Positions 26,523 through 35,242 of a DNA stretch of 64,000 bases are shown here, in pieces. The notes below the pieces were generated by a model. It saw only the letters and a list, made by a program, of their open reading frames with translations. It was not told where the DNA came from and made no database searches. A program made the translations under genes and the position numbers. The DNA is from a virus (lineage: Duplodnaviria; Caudoviricetes): positions 1-64,000 of IMG/VR virus record IMGVR_UViG_2772190661_000001. The stretch is one strand, 5' to 3'. How positions within the stretch are numbered: the first letter of the stretch is position 1; every line of letters begins with the position of its first letter.

Positions 26523-26710
26523 GCCGGCACCTCCGCCGACGCCTCACGGGCAACGATCGGGAACGGCCAGCCGTCCAGGGGCACGCCAGGGAACTCGGAC
26601 GCCGCCCCCGTCTCCCGCCGCAGCCCGGCCGGGATCGGCAGGTCGCACATGCAGCAGTTCTCGCCCGTGCCGCGGCCGACACAGCCGGGGCACTCGGTGC
26701 GGCCGTTCAC
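26519..26710 (-). CDS. small Cys-rich protein
   Basis: CPGC...CCMC. Confidence 0.65.
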   Translation of the reverse strand: MNGRTECPGCVGRGTGENCCMCDLPIPAGLRRETGAASEFPGVPLDGWPFPIVAREASAEVPA

Positions 26711-26907
26711 GCCGCCACCATGTTCAGCGCCACACCGACCGCGTCGTCCTCGGACGCCCAGCCGATCGCTGCCCCGCCGTCGGCGATGGACAGGTCCGGG
26801 CCGGTGTAGATACCCCAGCCGAGCACGGGGTTCGGCAGGACCCGCAGGTCACCAACCTTGTAGCCGTCGCCGGAACGCTCGACGGCCGGGTTGTCCAGGT
26901 TGCTCAC
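26707..26907 (-). CDS. hypothetical protein
   Basis: AAGGAG RBS. Confidence 0.7.
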   Translation of the reverse strand: MSNLDNPAVERSGDGYKVGDLRVLPNPVLGWGIYTGPDLSIADGGAAIGWASEDDAVGVALNMVAA

Positions 26908-26987
26908 GATGGTTCTCCTTGTCTCCGCTGAGCGGGATGCTCTGGCGGTCTCCTTGACGCACCCCGTGGGATGCGTCGCGGACACCG

Positions 26988-27233
26988 TCAGCGCGCAGCC
27001 ACAGGTCGCTGCTCGTAGGCTTCGCCGGCGGTCGGGAAAATCCCACTGCCGGCCTCGATGAGCACCCTGTCGCCGCCGGCCGCCTCCGCGAACCAGGTCG
27101 ACGTCCAGGTGCCGTCCGGGAAACCGGATCGCTGTAGCACCCCGCAGGTACGGGTGCCGTCGGCGTTGTCCTGCTCGAACAGGTAGCGGCCGTCCTCGGT
27201 CGCCGTCACCCGCTGGTCGTCTTGCAAGCCCAT
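26988..27233 (-). CDS. hypothetical protein
   Basis: GAGGAG RBS. Confidence 0.7.
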   Translation of the reverse strand: MGLQDDQRVTATEDGRYLFEQDNADGTRTCGVLQRSGFPDGTWTSTWFAEAAGGDRVLIEAGSGIFPTAGEAYEQRPVAAR

Positions 27234-27310
27234 GTGGATCTCCTCTTCTGGCCGGGCATGTCCCGGTCCCCACGGCCGCCCACACGCGTTGGGCGGCCAC
27301 CAGGCACCGG

Positions 27311-27751
27311 TCAGGCCACGACCGCGGTCAGGACACCGGCCAGCGGCGCCGCGAACAGCAGCACGATCGACATCTGGATGAAGCGGTTCTTCGCGAGACC
27401 GGTCTGGGACAGGTCCACCACCGCGCGCGTGCTGACCGGCGGCGCCTCGGCCAGCTCGACGGCCAGGGCGTCCGGGTCCATGCCCGCCCAGCGAACGAAG
27501 CCGTGATCGCCGCCGAGGCGCGGCCACAGGCTCGCCAGTACCGCGCCGAGCGCAAAGAACCCGCCCACGCACGCCGCCACGAACCCGGCCCGGACGTCGC
27601 CGTGCGCGATTCCGGCCGCACCCGCGAACACGGCGATCTCCGCGACCGCGGCGGCGGACGCAATCCCGGCCTTCCCGTCTGCCTTGGCCGTCTGCGCCTC
27701 GGCAGTGGCGTGCGCGGCCTTGACCGCGCTGGTGTCGACGGCGGCCGTCAT
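27311..27751 (-). CDS. Pycsar effector-family (DUF5706-like) membrane protein
   Basis: AKADGKA N-terminal motif, TM pair, LWPRLGGDHGF, LS..GLAK..FIQ plus final TM. Confidence 0.75.
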   Translation of the reverse strand: MTAAVDTSAVKAAHATAEAQTAKADGKAGIASAAAVAEIAVFAGAAGIAHGDVRAGFVAACVGGFFALGAVLASLWPRLGGDHGFVRWAGMDPDALAVELAEAPPVSTRAVVDLSQTGLAKNRFIQMSIVLLFAAPLAGVLTAVVA

Positions 27752-27981
27752 CGGGCGATCTCCTCGGCGGCCAGCACCGTCAGCTCCTGCGCGACGGAGT
27801 CCGGAACCGGGGCCGGGTCGATCCGGTACTGCTCCCACGCGTTCGACTGCTGCGGGTGAAGGCGGTCGGTGACGAGCAGCCAGGTGTTGCCGTGCCACTC
27901 GTAGACGCGGTGCGTGAGCGGGTTGTCCTCGACCATCACGGTCAGGACGCCGGAGAACCAGGCCGACCACAGCAGCTTCAC
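27748..27981 (-). CDS. hypothetical protein
   Basis: Coupled ORF. Confidence 0.65.
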   Translation of the reverse strand: MKLLWSAWFSGVLTVMVEDNPLTHRVYEWHGNTWLLVTDRLHPQQSNAWEQYRIDPAPVPDSVAQELTVLAAEEIAR

Positions 27982-28099
27982 CGGGCCACCTCGATCCGGC
28001 GGGTACGGACCCGGCGCCGGCCGAACGCGACCGGGACGATGTCGCGGCGGAGGGCGAGCGGGGCCCGGCGGGTGAAACCGTCGGACAGCCGGGTCGGGG

Positions 28100-28318
28100 T
28101 CATCGTCCACCGCCGGCCAGGAACGGGGTGGTGGCGAGCCGGTCCCGCTGCTCGCGGGCGGCCGCCCCCTGCTCCCGCACCCACTCGCCCGCGTCGCCGC
28201 GGACGGCGGAGAGCAGGTTGTCGGCGGCACGGTGCGGGCTGCCGTCGGTGGTGGTGCTGGCGGTGAACGTCTTGGTCTGCCCGTCGACCTCGACGGTGAT
28301 CGTGACGGTGGCGTCCAT
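28100..28318 (-). CDS. hypothetical protein
   Basis: AAGGAG RBS. Confidence 0.7.
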   Translation of the reverse strand: MDATVTITVEVDGQTKTFTASTTTDGSPHRAADNLLSAVRGDAGEWVREQGAAAREQRDRLATTPFLAGGGR

Positions 28319-28400
28319 GCGGTTACTCCTTCTCTCGGCGTTCCGTCTGGTCGGCCGCCCAAGCGCTCAGCCGCGGGGCTGAGCACAAGGGAGCGGTCGG

Positions 28401-29000
28401 TCAGGCGTTCGCCGCGGTCAGGTCGCCCCAGCCCAGGTGGTCGAGCATCTCGGCGCGGTCCGGCAGCAGGTAAACGACCTGATTGAGGCCGGTGAACGAC
28501 ACCACCGGCTCGTCGTGCGCGCTGGTCCGCTGCGCCTCGACCCGGCCGTCGATCGCATCGGCGAGCGCCCGGTAGACGACCCACTCGCGGTACTCGTTGC
28601 GCTCGCAGATCGCGAAGAAGTCCCCGGTGTGGAGCTGGCTGAGGACCGTCGAGGTCACAGCCCGGTCGCCGTGCTCGGTGCGCAGATCGACGCCGCCGCG
28701 ATCGCCGGTGAGACGGATCGCTCCGGCGGTGGCGTCCTGGCCGGCCCAGACGGTGACCTCGATGGTCTCGCCGGCGGCGATCGCGGCGAGGACGGCCTGG
28801 GTGGGGAGGATCATGTAGGCGGGCCGGTCGGCGGCGAGCTGGTCGCGGACCTGGGCGGCCGCGTCGGTCTCGGTGTCGACGGCCATGGCGAACTGGACCT
28901 GCTCGTGGGAGCAGGTGAGGACGTTGCCGGTGTTGAGTAGGGTCCGGAGTTCGTCGGGGACGGCGATCCACATGCGGTGGAAGTCAGTCGGCTTGATCAT
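28401..29000 (-). CDS. hypothetical protein
   Basis: 199 aa, AGGAG RBS. Confidence 0.75.
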   Translation of the reverse strand: MIKPTDFHRMWIAVPDELRTLLNTGNVLTCSHEQVQFAMAVDTETDAAAQVRDQLAADRPAYMILPTQAVLAAIAAGETIEVTVWAGQDATAGAIRLTGDRGGVDLRTEHGDRAVTSTVLSQLHTGDFFAICERNEYREWVVYRALADAIDGRVEAQRTSAHDEPVVSFTGLNQVVYLLPDRAEMLDHLGWGDLTAANA

Positions 29001-29080
29001 GTGATTTCTCCTGTCTCGGCGGGCCCGGTCTGGCCCGGCCGCCCCGGTCCTCGCACCATGTCGAGGGCCAGAGCCGCCGG

Positions 29081-29272
29081 TCAGACCTCAGCGAGGTGCC
29101 GCAGCGGTTCGTACGTGTGCACCCCGGGCATGTCGTCCCACCACACGGCCACGTGGTGATCGATCTCCGGGTTCTGGGATCGGGCCTCGTCCAGCTCCTT
29201 CGTCTCGACGCGCCCATAGCGGGTGCCGGCCGAACCGAGCCACATGCTGACCGGAGTCATCGCGTCGCTCAT
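29081..29272 (-). CDS. hypothetical protein
   Basis: Coupled ORF. Confidence 0.6.
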   Translation of the reverse strand: MSDAMTPVSMWLGSAGTRYGRVETKELDEARSQNPEIDHHVAVWWDDMPGVHTYEPLRHLAEV

Positions 29273-29399
29273 GACGGCCGCCGTGCCGCGGACTCGCGGT
29301 TCGCGCGCCGTTCCGGGGACTTCTGCTCGGCGCGCAGCCGGTCCAGGCCAGGATCCGGACGCCGGTCGTAGTCGGGCTCAACGCGCTGCTGGGCGGCCG

Positions 29400-29687
29400 T
29401 CATCGTGCACCTCCGGCCGTGACAACCTGGGTGACCGCGGTGCCCGCCGGAATCTGCTGGGAGCGCTTCTCACCGTCGTCGGACGTGGCGGTTGCGGTGT
29501 CGCCGGCCCAGCCGTCCAGCGTCCAGACGGTGCCGCGCGGCTGTCCGTACCCGCTGCCGCGGACCCGGCCGTCGGGCGACACCCAGCAGACCGTGAACGC
29601 GGCGAGCGTGATCCACCTGTCTCCGGGCTGCAGGTCACGGAGCGGCACTTCCCGCAGGTCGTCCCACGTGATCTGGGCGGCCGTCAC
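29400..29687 (-). CDS. hypothetical protein
   Basis: Coupled ORF. Confidence 0.65.
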   Translation of the reverse strand: MTAAQITWDDLREVPLRDLQPGDRWITLAAFTVCWVSPDGRVRGSGYGQPRGTVWTLDGWAGDTATATSDDGEKRSQQIPAGTAVTQVVTAGGAR

Positions 29688-29911
29688 GAGCCCGGCTCCG
29701 CGGCACGGTCCCGGCCGGACGCGTCACGCAGGTGCTCCTGCAGCACGTCCGGCGGGTACCCGGCCAGCACGGCGATGACCGCCTCGGCCTGGACGATCAG
29801 GTTGTCGCACCACGTGCAGTCACCGTCTTGGCAGCCGTCGGCGTGCGCGGACAACGCGGAGATGATCCGGGCCTTCAGCGGCGGGTCGTACGGGAAGAAC
29901 GTGGCCATCAC
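29684..29911 (-). CDS. hypothetical protein
   Basis: H..GC..G.C..C motif; coupled. Confidence 0.65.
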   Translation of the reverse strand: MMATFFPYDPPLKARIISALSAHADGCQDGDCTWCDNLIVQAEAVIAVLAGYPPDVLQEHLRDASGRDRAAEPGS

Positions 29912-30165
29912 GCACCCACCGGAGTCAGCGCGCACGCGACCGGCCCGACCGGGCCGCCAGGGATCCGCGCACCCGAAGCCAGCGCGGCGGCGAACACCGG
30001 CCGGAGCACCTGCAAGGCGACGATGTCCGCGAACAAGGTCGGGACGTCCACGGTCACCTCGCCGGCACCGTCGACGTCCGGGCCTGCGGTCCAGATCGTC
30101 GCCGTGTACCGGTAGACACCCGGGGCGACGACCGTCTCCAGGAGCGGATGCTGCGGGGCGCTCAT
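29908..30165 (-). CDS. hypothetical protein
   Basis: Coupled ORF. Confidence 0.65.
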   Translation of the reverse strand: MSAPQHPLLETVVAPGVYRYTATIWTAGPDVDGAGEVTVDVPTLFADIVALQVLRPVFAAALASGARIPGGPVGPVACALTPVGA

Positions 30166-30410
30166 CGGGTACCGCCCGCGGCATGCAAGTCCAGCTCGGC
30201 CGCACGATTCGTGCCGTCCGCGGTCAACTGCAGCTGCGTGCCGACCTCACGGACCAGACCGCGCTCGGCCAGGTCCAGGGCGGTGTTCTCGTCCGCGACC
30301 GGCATACTGTCGGCCCACACCCACCCGGCCTCGACCAGCACGGTCCGGCCGGCGGCGAGCGCGAAGAGGACGTCGGTTTCGGCGGCCGCGGCCAGCTCGG
30401 CGGCGCTCAC
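30162..30410 (-). CDS. hypothetical protein (wHTH-like)
   Basis: LAERGLV...LTADG. Confidence 0.6.
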   Translation of the reverse strand: MSAAELAAAAETDVLFALAAGRTVLVEAGWVWADSMPVADENTALDLAERGLVREVGTQLQLTADGTNRAAELDLHAAGGTR

Positions 30411-30661
30411 AGCGTCCAGCCGATCTCGCGCAACCGCTCCCGGCCCGCAGCGGAAATCCGCCACGACCAGTCACCGGTGCGCTCCAGCAGATCGCCGAGA
30501 TCCTGGACATGCTCCATCTGGACCCAGCCCTGGGCGTCGACCGCAACGTAATCGTCTCCGGTCGGCGTCAGGACGATCTCTGCGGTCTCGGCGGACTTGA
30601 GGATCTCGACCAGGTTCGCGGCGTGCGCCGCATCAAGGTCGGTCGGCTGCCAGACAGCCAT
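30407..30661 (-). CDS. hypothetical protein
   Basis: Coupled ORF. Confidence 0.65.
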   Translation of the reverse strand: MAVWQPTDLDAAHAANLVEILKSAETAEIVLTPTGDDYVAVDAQGWVQMEHVQDLGDLLERTGDWSWRISAAGRERLREIGWTL

Positions 30662-30813
30662 CAGCGTCCCCTCTCGGCGTTGCGAGCGGCGGCCTGCCCG
30701 GCCGCTGCGGCCATCTGCGCGGCACGGGTGCTCGACGCGCGGGCCGCAGCCAGTGCGGCAGCCTTCGCCGCGACCTGCTGCTGGGTCTGCTCCGGGGTCA
30801 GTGCGGCGCTCAC
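30661..30813 (-). CDS. small Ala-rich helical protein
   Basis: Coupled ORF. Confidence 0.6.
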   Translation of the reverse strand: MSAALTPEQTQQQVAAKAAALAAARASSTRAAQMAAAAGQAAARNAERGR

Positions 30814-31076
30814 CGGTTCGCCTCCGCACTCTGGCGGGCGACGCACGCGGAGATGTCGGCGCAGGTGAACAGGGCCGAGTCGTCGGTCAGCTCGCTGAGG
30901 GAGCGGAGGTTAGCGTACGGCTGCTCGATGCCGCAGAACCCACACTGGCCGGGCGGGCACGTGATGTGCCGCATGACCGGCTCGACGCCGGGGGCGCTGG
31001 TGACGCCGGGGACCTCTTCGGCCTGCCACGGGTCACCGAGCGGCCGGTAGCAGGTGAAGCAGTCGTCACGGGTCAC
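30810..31076 (-). CDS. zinc-binding protein
   Basis: CFTC, H..C, CGFC, C...C. Confidence 0.65.
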   Translation of the reverse strand: MTRDDCFTCYRPLGDPWQAEEVPGVTSAPGVEPVMRHITCPPGQCGFCGIEQPYANLRSLSELTDDSALFTCADISACVARQSAEANR

Positions 31077-31342
31077 CGGCTCGCCTCCGCCATTCGGGCC
31101 GCGGCGGCGCGCAGCTGCACGATGTACGCCTCGACGCCGGCCAGGTCGAGCTCCACGTTGCCGACGTCGACAGACAGGAGCGGCTCGCCGTCGGCGGCCT
31201 TCTCTACGGTCAGCTGCCCGAAGTGGTCGCTGCTCAGGTCCGGGATCAGGTCGGGTGCGGAGTAGCAGGTGCCGTTCACGTGGCGGGCGCACCACGGCTG
31301 GTGGTCGCCGGTCGCGGCGGCGGTCAGGGCCGGGGCGGTCAT
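31073..31342 (-). CDS. hypothetical protein (DUF6907-like)
   Basis: HQPWC..H....C motif and C-terminal helix. Confidence 0.65.
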   Translation of the reverse strand: MTAPALTAAATGDHQPWCARHVNGTCYSAPDLIPDLSSDHFGQLTVEKAADGEPLLSVDVGNVELDLAGVEAYIVQLRAAAARMAEASR

Positions 31343-31587
31343 CGGACACCCCGGGCACGCCGCAGGCTCAGGTCCAGCGGTGTCACCGCAGCCCGGTCGA
31401 CGCCCATCGCGTCCGTGAACCGGCCGGTGAGCAGGTCGCGGATGTCGTCGAACGTCTGGCCGTCGCCGATCGTGACCACGCCCGCGAACTGCTCGCTGCT
31501 GTTGTGGCCGGCGATCTGGTAGGTGGCGGTGAACGTGCGGGCGCCGGGGGTGAGGGGCTTGACGGGTGCGGGTGCGGGGGCGGTCAT
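31339..31587 (-). CDS. hypothetical protein
   Basis: Coupled ORF. Confidence 0.65.
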   Translation of the reverse strand: MTAPAPAPVKPLTPGARTFTATYQIAGHNSSEQFAGVVTIGDGQTFDDIRDLLTGRFTDAMGVDRAAVTPLDLSLRRARGVR

Positions 31588-31778
31588 CGGGCCACCGCCT
31601 GCCGGCGCAGGAGCCGGGCGAGCATCGCGTCGAGACCGGCGCCGGACTCGGTGAGCCAGGCGAAAGCCTCGGTGTCGGAGCTGAAACCGTCAGCCGGGTC
31701 GCCGCCGGTGAACGGCGGCGGGACGGGCTTGAAGTCGTCGCCCGGGAAGTCCTCGGTAGCGGTGGCCGTGATGGTCAC
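31584..31778 (-). CDS. hypothetical protein, first gene of operon
   Basis: GAAGGAG RBS. Confidence 0.65.
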   Translation of the reverse strand: MTITATATEDFPGDDFKPVPPPFTGGDPADGFSSDTEAFAWLTESGAGLDAMLARLLRRQAVAR

Positions 31779-31893
31779 GGGCTCTCCTTCAGGCTGGCGC
31801 GGCCAGATCGGCGGCGCGACGAGGAAGGTCAGGAGCAGCGGTCCGCTAGTTTCTCGCTACGGACTTGCTGCTTGCTCTGATCGTCCACCCGAC

Positions 31894-31929
31894 CGAGAAA
31901 CTTGGCAAGCAATTGCTCGAAATTTCTCG
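31894..31929. promoter_or_regulatory. nested inverted repeat (operator candidate)
   Basis: CGAGAAA...AGCAATTGCT...TTTCTCG in AT-rich divergent region. Confidence 0.55.
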
Positions 31930-31961
31930 TAAGATGACAGGGCCAGGTTCCCGCAGCACGC

Positions 31962-31997
31962 CAATAACCCCCTCCCGCAACGCGGAGGGGGTTATTG
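31962..31997. repeat. 14-bp perfect hairpin
   Basis: CAATAACCCCCTCC / GGAGGGGGTTATTG. Confidence 0.75.
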
Positions 31998-32076
31998 CGT
32001 AGCAAGACACGCCGATGACACCATCGGGTCAAGAAGATTGCGGCAACTCCTGGCAACCCACGGAAAGGTCACGCCC

Positions 32077-32280
32077 ATGCGCAACCTCACGTTCCTGTGG
32101 AAAGACGCCGGCTCCGGCATGAACGGCTGCCCCGCCCTCTACGAAACCGAAGGCGGCTACGTCGTCCAGGGCATCCAACTCACCGACGACGAGCGCGCCC
32201 AACTGCGCAACCTCGCCGACAACGAAGACGCCATCTTCGTCCCCGCCAACGTTCTCGACCGCCTCCGCGGCAACGCCTGA
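32077..32280 (+). CDS. small partner protein of the DUF6879/XRE cassette
   Basis: LTFL.K..S...GCPALY......YVVQG...VP..VL. Confidence 0.8.
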   Translation: MRNLTFLWKDAGSGMNGCPALYETEGGYVVQGIQLTDDERAQLRNLADNEDAIFVPANVLDRLRGNA

Positions 32281-32282
32281 CC

Positions 32283-32807
32283 ATGCGCGCCATCACCGAG
32301 GCCGAGCTCGAGCACATCTTCCGCAGCGTCCGACACTCCGCGTTCCGGCTCGAACTCCAGCCGGCCTACAACGAGCCCGTCGAGCGCGCCTCGGTGGAAG
32401 CGTTCCTCGCCGGACACCCGGAACCCCCCGACACCAACATGGAGGGGTTCCGGGGCTGGTACGACCGCACCCAAGCACTCACCGCCAGCGGCATCACCAT
32501 CACACGCGTCCGCGTCCACCAAGACCCGCCCACCGACTACCAGCGCTGGCTGCGCTGGTTCGGACAGTGGGCGACGCGCGCCGGCGAGCAACACATCTAC
32601 CTAACCCCCGAACAAGCCACCCAAGCCGGCCTCAACAACGGCAGGGACTTCTGGCTGTTTGACGACACCCACCTGATTTTCCTGGCCTTCGACGACCAGG
32701 GACGCCGCACCAACCAGCTCAGCACCGACCCGGACGACCTAGCACAAGCTCGCGCTACGCGGGACCTGGCGGTCCGCCTGACGCGAGGAGACATCCATGT
32801 CCAGTAA
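32283..32807 (+). CDS. DUF6879 family protein
   Basis: SAFRLE.Q..Y, RVRV..PPTDYQRW, DFWLFDD. Confidence 0.85.
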   Translation: MRAITEAELEHIFRSVRHSAFRLELQPAYNEPVERASVEAFLAGHPEPPDTNMEGFRGWYDRTQALTASGITITRVRVHQDPPTDYQRWLRWFGQWATRAGEQHIYLTPEQATQAGLNNGRDFWLFDDTHLIFLAFDDQGRRTNQLSTDPDDLAQARATRDLAVRLTRGDIHVQ

Positions 32808-33657
32808 CCCACCCATCACCCAGTGGCTCGCCCAACCCGGAGGTGTCGCCGACACCCTCCGGCACGCCCGCACCACCGCTGGCGTCACCGGCAAGGAACT
32901 CGCCGTCGCCGCCGGCTGGCCCCCGTCGAAGGTCTCGAAGCTCGAGGCCGGCAAGCAGATGCCCACCAGCGACGACATCGCCGCGTACGCGCGGATCGCC
33001 GGCCTCGACGACACCGCCGTCCAACACCTGCAAGACCTGGCCCGGATCGCCGAGGACGCACGCACCAGCCACCGGCGCCGCTACGCCGGCGGCCGCGGCG
33101 CCGCCGTCCAGGACGAGTTCCTGCAGCTGCTCGCCGACGCCACCAGCATCGTGTTCTTCGACGTCGCCTACGTGCCAGGCATGCTGCAGACCGCCGACTA
33201 CTGCCGGGCCGTGTTCGCGGACGGCTACCGGCTGCACGAGCTCGACCCGTCGGACATCGGCGAGGCGGTCGCGAAGCGCATGCGGCGCGCCGACCACCTC
33301 TACGACAGCAGCAAGCGCTTCAACCTGCTCATGACCGAACAAGTGCTGCGCACCTACGCCTGCGAGCCCGCAGTGATGCGCGCCCAGCTGGACCGCCTGC
33401 AGACCGTCATCGGCGTGCCCCACATCCGGTTCGGAATCATCCCGTTCGGCAAGGTCAGTACGTGGCCGCAGGCGTCGTTTCAGATGTTCGACGGCGAATC
33501 CGTCCTGGTCGAAAACCTGTACGGGGACGTCAAGTACGTCGGCGACGAGGCCGCCATATTCGCCAGGGCGCTCGACCTGATGTGGCAAGACGCTGTCGAG
33601 GGTGACGAGGCCCGGCGGCTGCTCGTCGCTGCCGCGGACGCGCTGACGACCTCGTAG
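32797..33657 (+). CDS. XRE-HTH + DUF5753 transcriptional regulator
   Basis: HTH (TGKELA..AGW..SKVSKLE.G) plus VPGMLQT.DY...QLDRL...FGIIPF. Confidence 0.9.
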   Translation: MSSNPPITQWLAQPGGVADTLRHARTTAGVTGKELAVAAGWPPSKVSKLEAGKQMPTSDDIAAYARIAGLDDTAVQHLQDLARIAEDARTSHRRRYAGGRGAAVQDEFLQLLADATSIVFFDVAYVPGMLQTADYCRAVFADGYRLHELDPSDIGEAVAKRMRRADHLYDSSKRFNLLMTEQVLRTYACEPAVMRAQLDRLQTVIGVPHIRFGIIPFGKVSTWPQASFQMFDGESVLVENLYGDVKYVGDEAAIFARALDLMWQDAVEGDEARRLLVAAADALTTS

Positions 33658-33673
33658 CTCCGCCAGCTACGAC

Positions 33674-33704
33674 AAACGCCCGGACCGCGAAGGTCCGGGC
33701 GTTT
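33674..33704. terminator. bidirectional terminator
   Basis: AAACGCCCGGACC / GGTCCGGGCGTTT. Confidence 0.8.
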
Positions 33705-33724
33705 TGCTGTGCGCTCGTCGGCGG

Positions 33725-34033
33725 CTATGCGTCGAAGATCCGGCAGGTGACAGTACGGGTTGCGCGGTCTACGTCGTAGGTCACCGTCACCGAGGTCCCG
33801 GGGATGCGCGCGTGAAAGAAGCCGTCGAAGTCGGGCTCCGCCTCCCCGTCGGGAAGTGTCATGCCAATGTGCCCGGACACGGGAGCGGCGCCGGAGGGTG
33901 CTGGCTCGGCCTCGAGGTCGAGGATCCACGCGCTGACTCGCTGCAGCTCGGTGCCGGGCGGATTCTTCTCCTTGATCCAGCGGTCGATCCAGAACTCGAA
34001 CCCGCTGACGGTCCATCGGTCGTCAGTCGACAC
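33725..34033 (-). CDS. putative toxin (RelE-like topology) paired with Panacea antitoxin
   Basis: 102 aa overlapping the antitoxin stop; W.V...helix...L..P...ARIPGT.V.VTY.V. Confidence 0.6.
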   Translation of the reverse strand: MSTDDRWTVSGFEFWIDRWIKEKNPPGTELQRVSAWILDLEAEPAPSGAAPVSGHIGMTLPDGEAEPDFDGFFHARIPGTSVTVTYDVDRATRTVTCRIFDA

Positions 34034-34541
34034 GGCCGGCCGCCCAGGCGGCGAGTCGGTCCCGGTTGTCTGGTGGTGGCGCGGATCGTCCTCGTTCGGT
34101 CCGGACGCGGCTGACGAGATGTGCCCGGTAGCCGGGGTCGGTGAGCCGCGGGTCGGTGTCGTCGGGCGCTCCAGCGCCGGTGAAATAGGCGCGCATCTTG
34201 TCGGGGTCGATGATCGCCCCGTCGGCGGTTTTCTCCCAGGGGGTCTCGCCTCGGCTGAGGACGCCGATGTCGTTGGCGGTGAGGCGTCCGTACCTGCCGA
34301 TGACGGATAGCAGTACGAGGTCGTGGTCGTGGCTGAGCTTGCCGTCCGCGGGCTCGTATGGGAACACCGCGGGGGCTGGCCCGTCCGGATCGGCGACGAT
34401 ATGGGTGTCGAACATGGGCTGGCCGGTGAGTGCCAGGTGGTGCGCCTGGCAGTAGTAGAGGAGCCTGCGGAGTTTGGAGTCCGGCAGGCCGGGGAGCTCG
34501 CTGCGGAGAGCGGCGGCAACCTGGTGCACGGTGGTGGTCAT
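34023..34541 (-). CDS. Panacea/SocA (DUF4065) antitoxin
   Basis: KL.RLLYYCQ.HHL..G.PMF....A...GP, YG.LT..D....S..E.PW. Confidence 0.85.
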   Translation of the reverse strand: MTTTVHQVAAALRSELPGLPDSKLRRLLYYCQAHHLALTGQPMFDTHIVADPDGPAPAVFPYEPADGKLSHDHDLVLLSVIGRYGRLTANDIGVLSRGETPWEKTADGAIIDPDKMRAYFTGAGAPDDTDPRLTDPGYRAHLVSRVRTERGRSAPPPDNRDRLAAWAAGRVD

Positions 34542-34701
34542 CGGCCGACCGTAGCGACCTTCGGTTGATGATCGGGAGGGGTGTTCGGGATCTGAGTTTT
34601 CATACACCCGTTCGGGTCGCTGTCCGACTGCGATGACCATGGGTTGCCTCCGCGTGGATAGACCAGCATCAACCACTCACGGTATTTGGATCGTTACTCG
34701 A

Positions 34702-35184
34702 TCAGGAGTGTCGGTTTTCGCGACTGCTGTCCGTCGGGTCGTCTCGCTCGGCGTTCATCTTGGCGAGGATGTCGGCCCGGAGCTTGTCGATGTGCGCCAA
34801 CAACTTCTCGGGGGTGTCCGGTTTGGCGGGCGCCTTTAAGCGCTCCTCGGTGCCGACCAGCATCTTCTGGATCTGTAGCCGCTGGTCGGCGGCGATGGAA
34901 AACCACGCTGACAAATCCTCGCCCGCGACGGCTGCGACCCTCGCGGCAAGGTCGTCAGGAATGTCGATCGTCAGCCTGGCCATGCCGGCCGCCACGCCCG
35001 TCCGGCGCGAACGTAGGCCGAGCTGCTTGCGGATCTCGGCGCTCTTTGCCGGATCAGGCCGGTGGGAGAGTACCTCCCGTGCCCAGGCGCGTGACTTGGC
35101 CCGCTGCTCGGGCGTGGCGTCCGGCGCGTTCGGAAGCGGCTCGTTGGCGGTTGCGGGCTCGCCGCCTTCTGCGGGTGTCGTCAT
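34702..35184 (-). CDS. RHH-containing protein (possible internal start at 34983)
   Basis: MARLTIDIPDDLAARV...AGEDLSAWF. Confidence 0.65.
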   Translation of the reverse strand: MTTPAEGGEPATANEPLPNAPDATPEQRAKSRAWAREVLSHRPDPAKSAEIRKQLGLRSRRTGVAAGMARLTIDIPDDLAARVAAVAGEDLSAWFSIAADQRLQIQKMLVGTEERLKAPAKPDTPEKLLAHIDKLRADILAKMNAERDDPTDSSRENRHS

Positions 35185-35242
35185 CGGGCGAAGGTACCGC
35201 TGCGTGGGGCGCCGGTCACTCGAACGGGCGCCCCACCGCTGG

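Noticed and set aside
32077-33657. DUF6879/XRE-DUF5753 triad as a novel system
   Set aside because: A widespread actinomycete regulatory cassette; recorded as features only.
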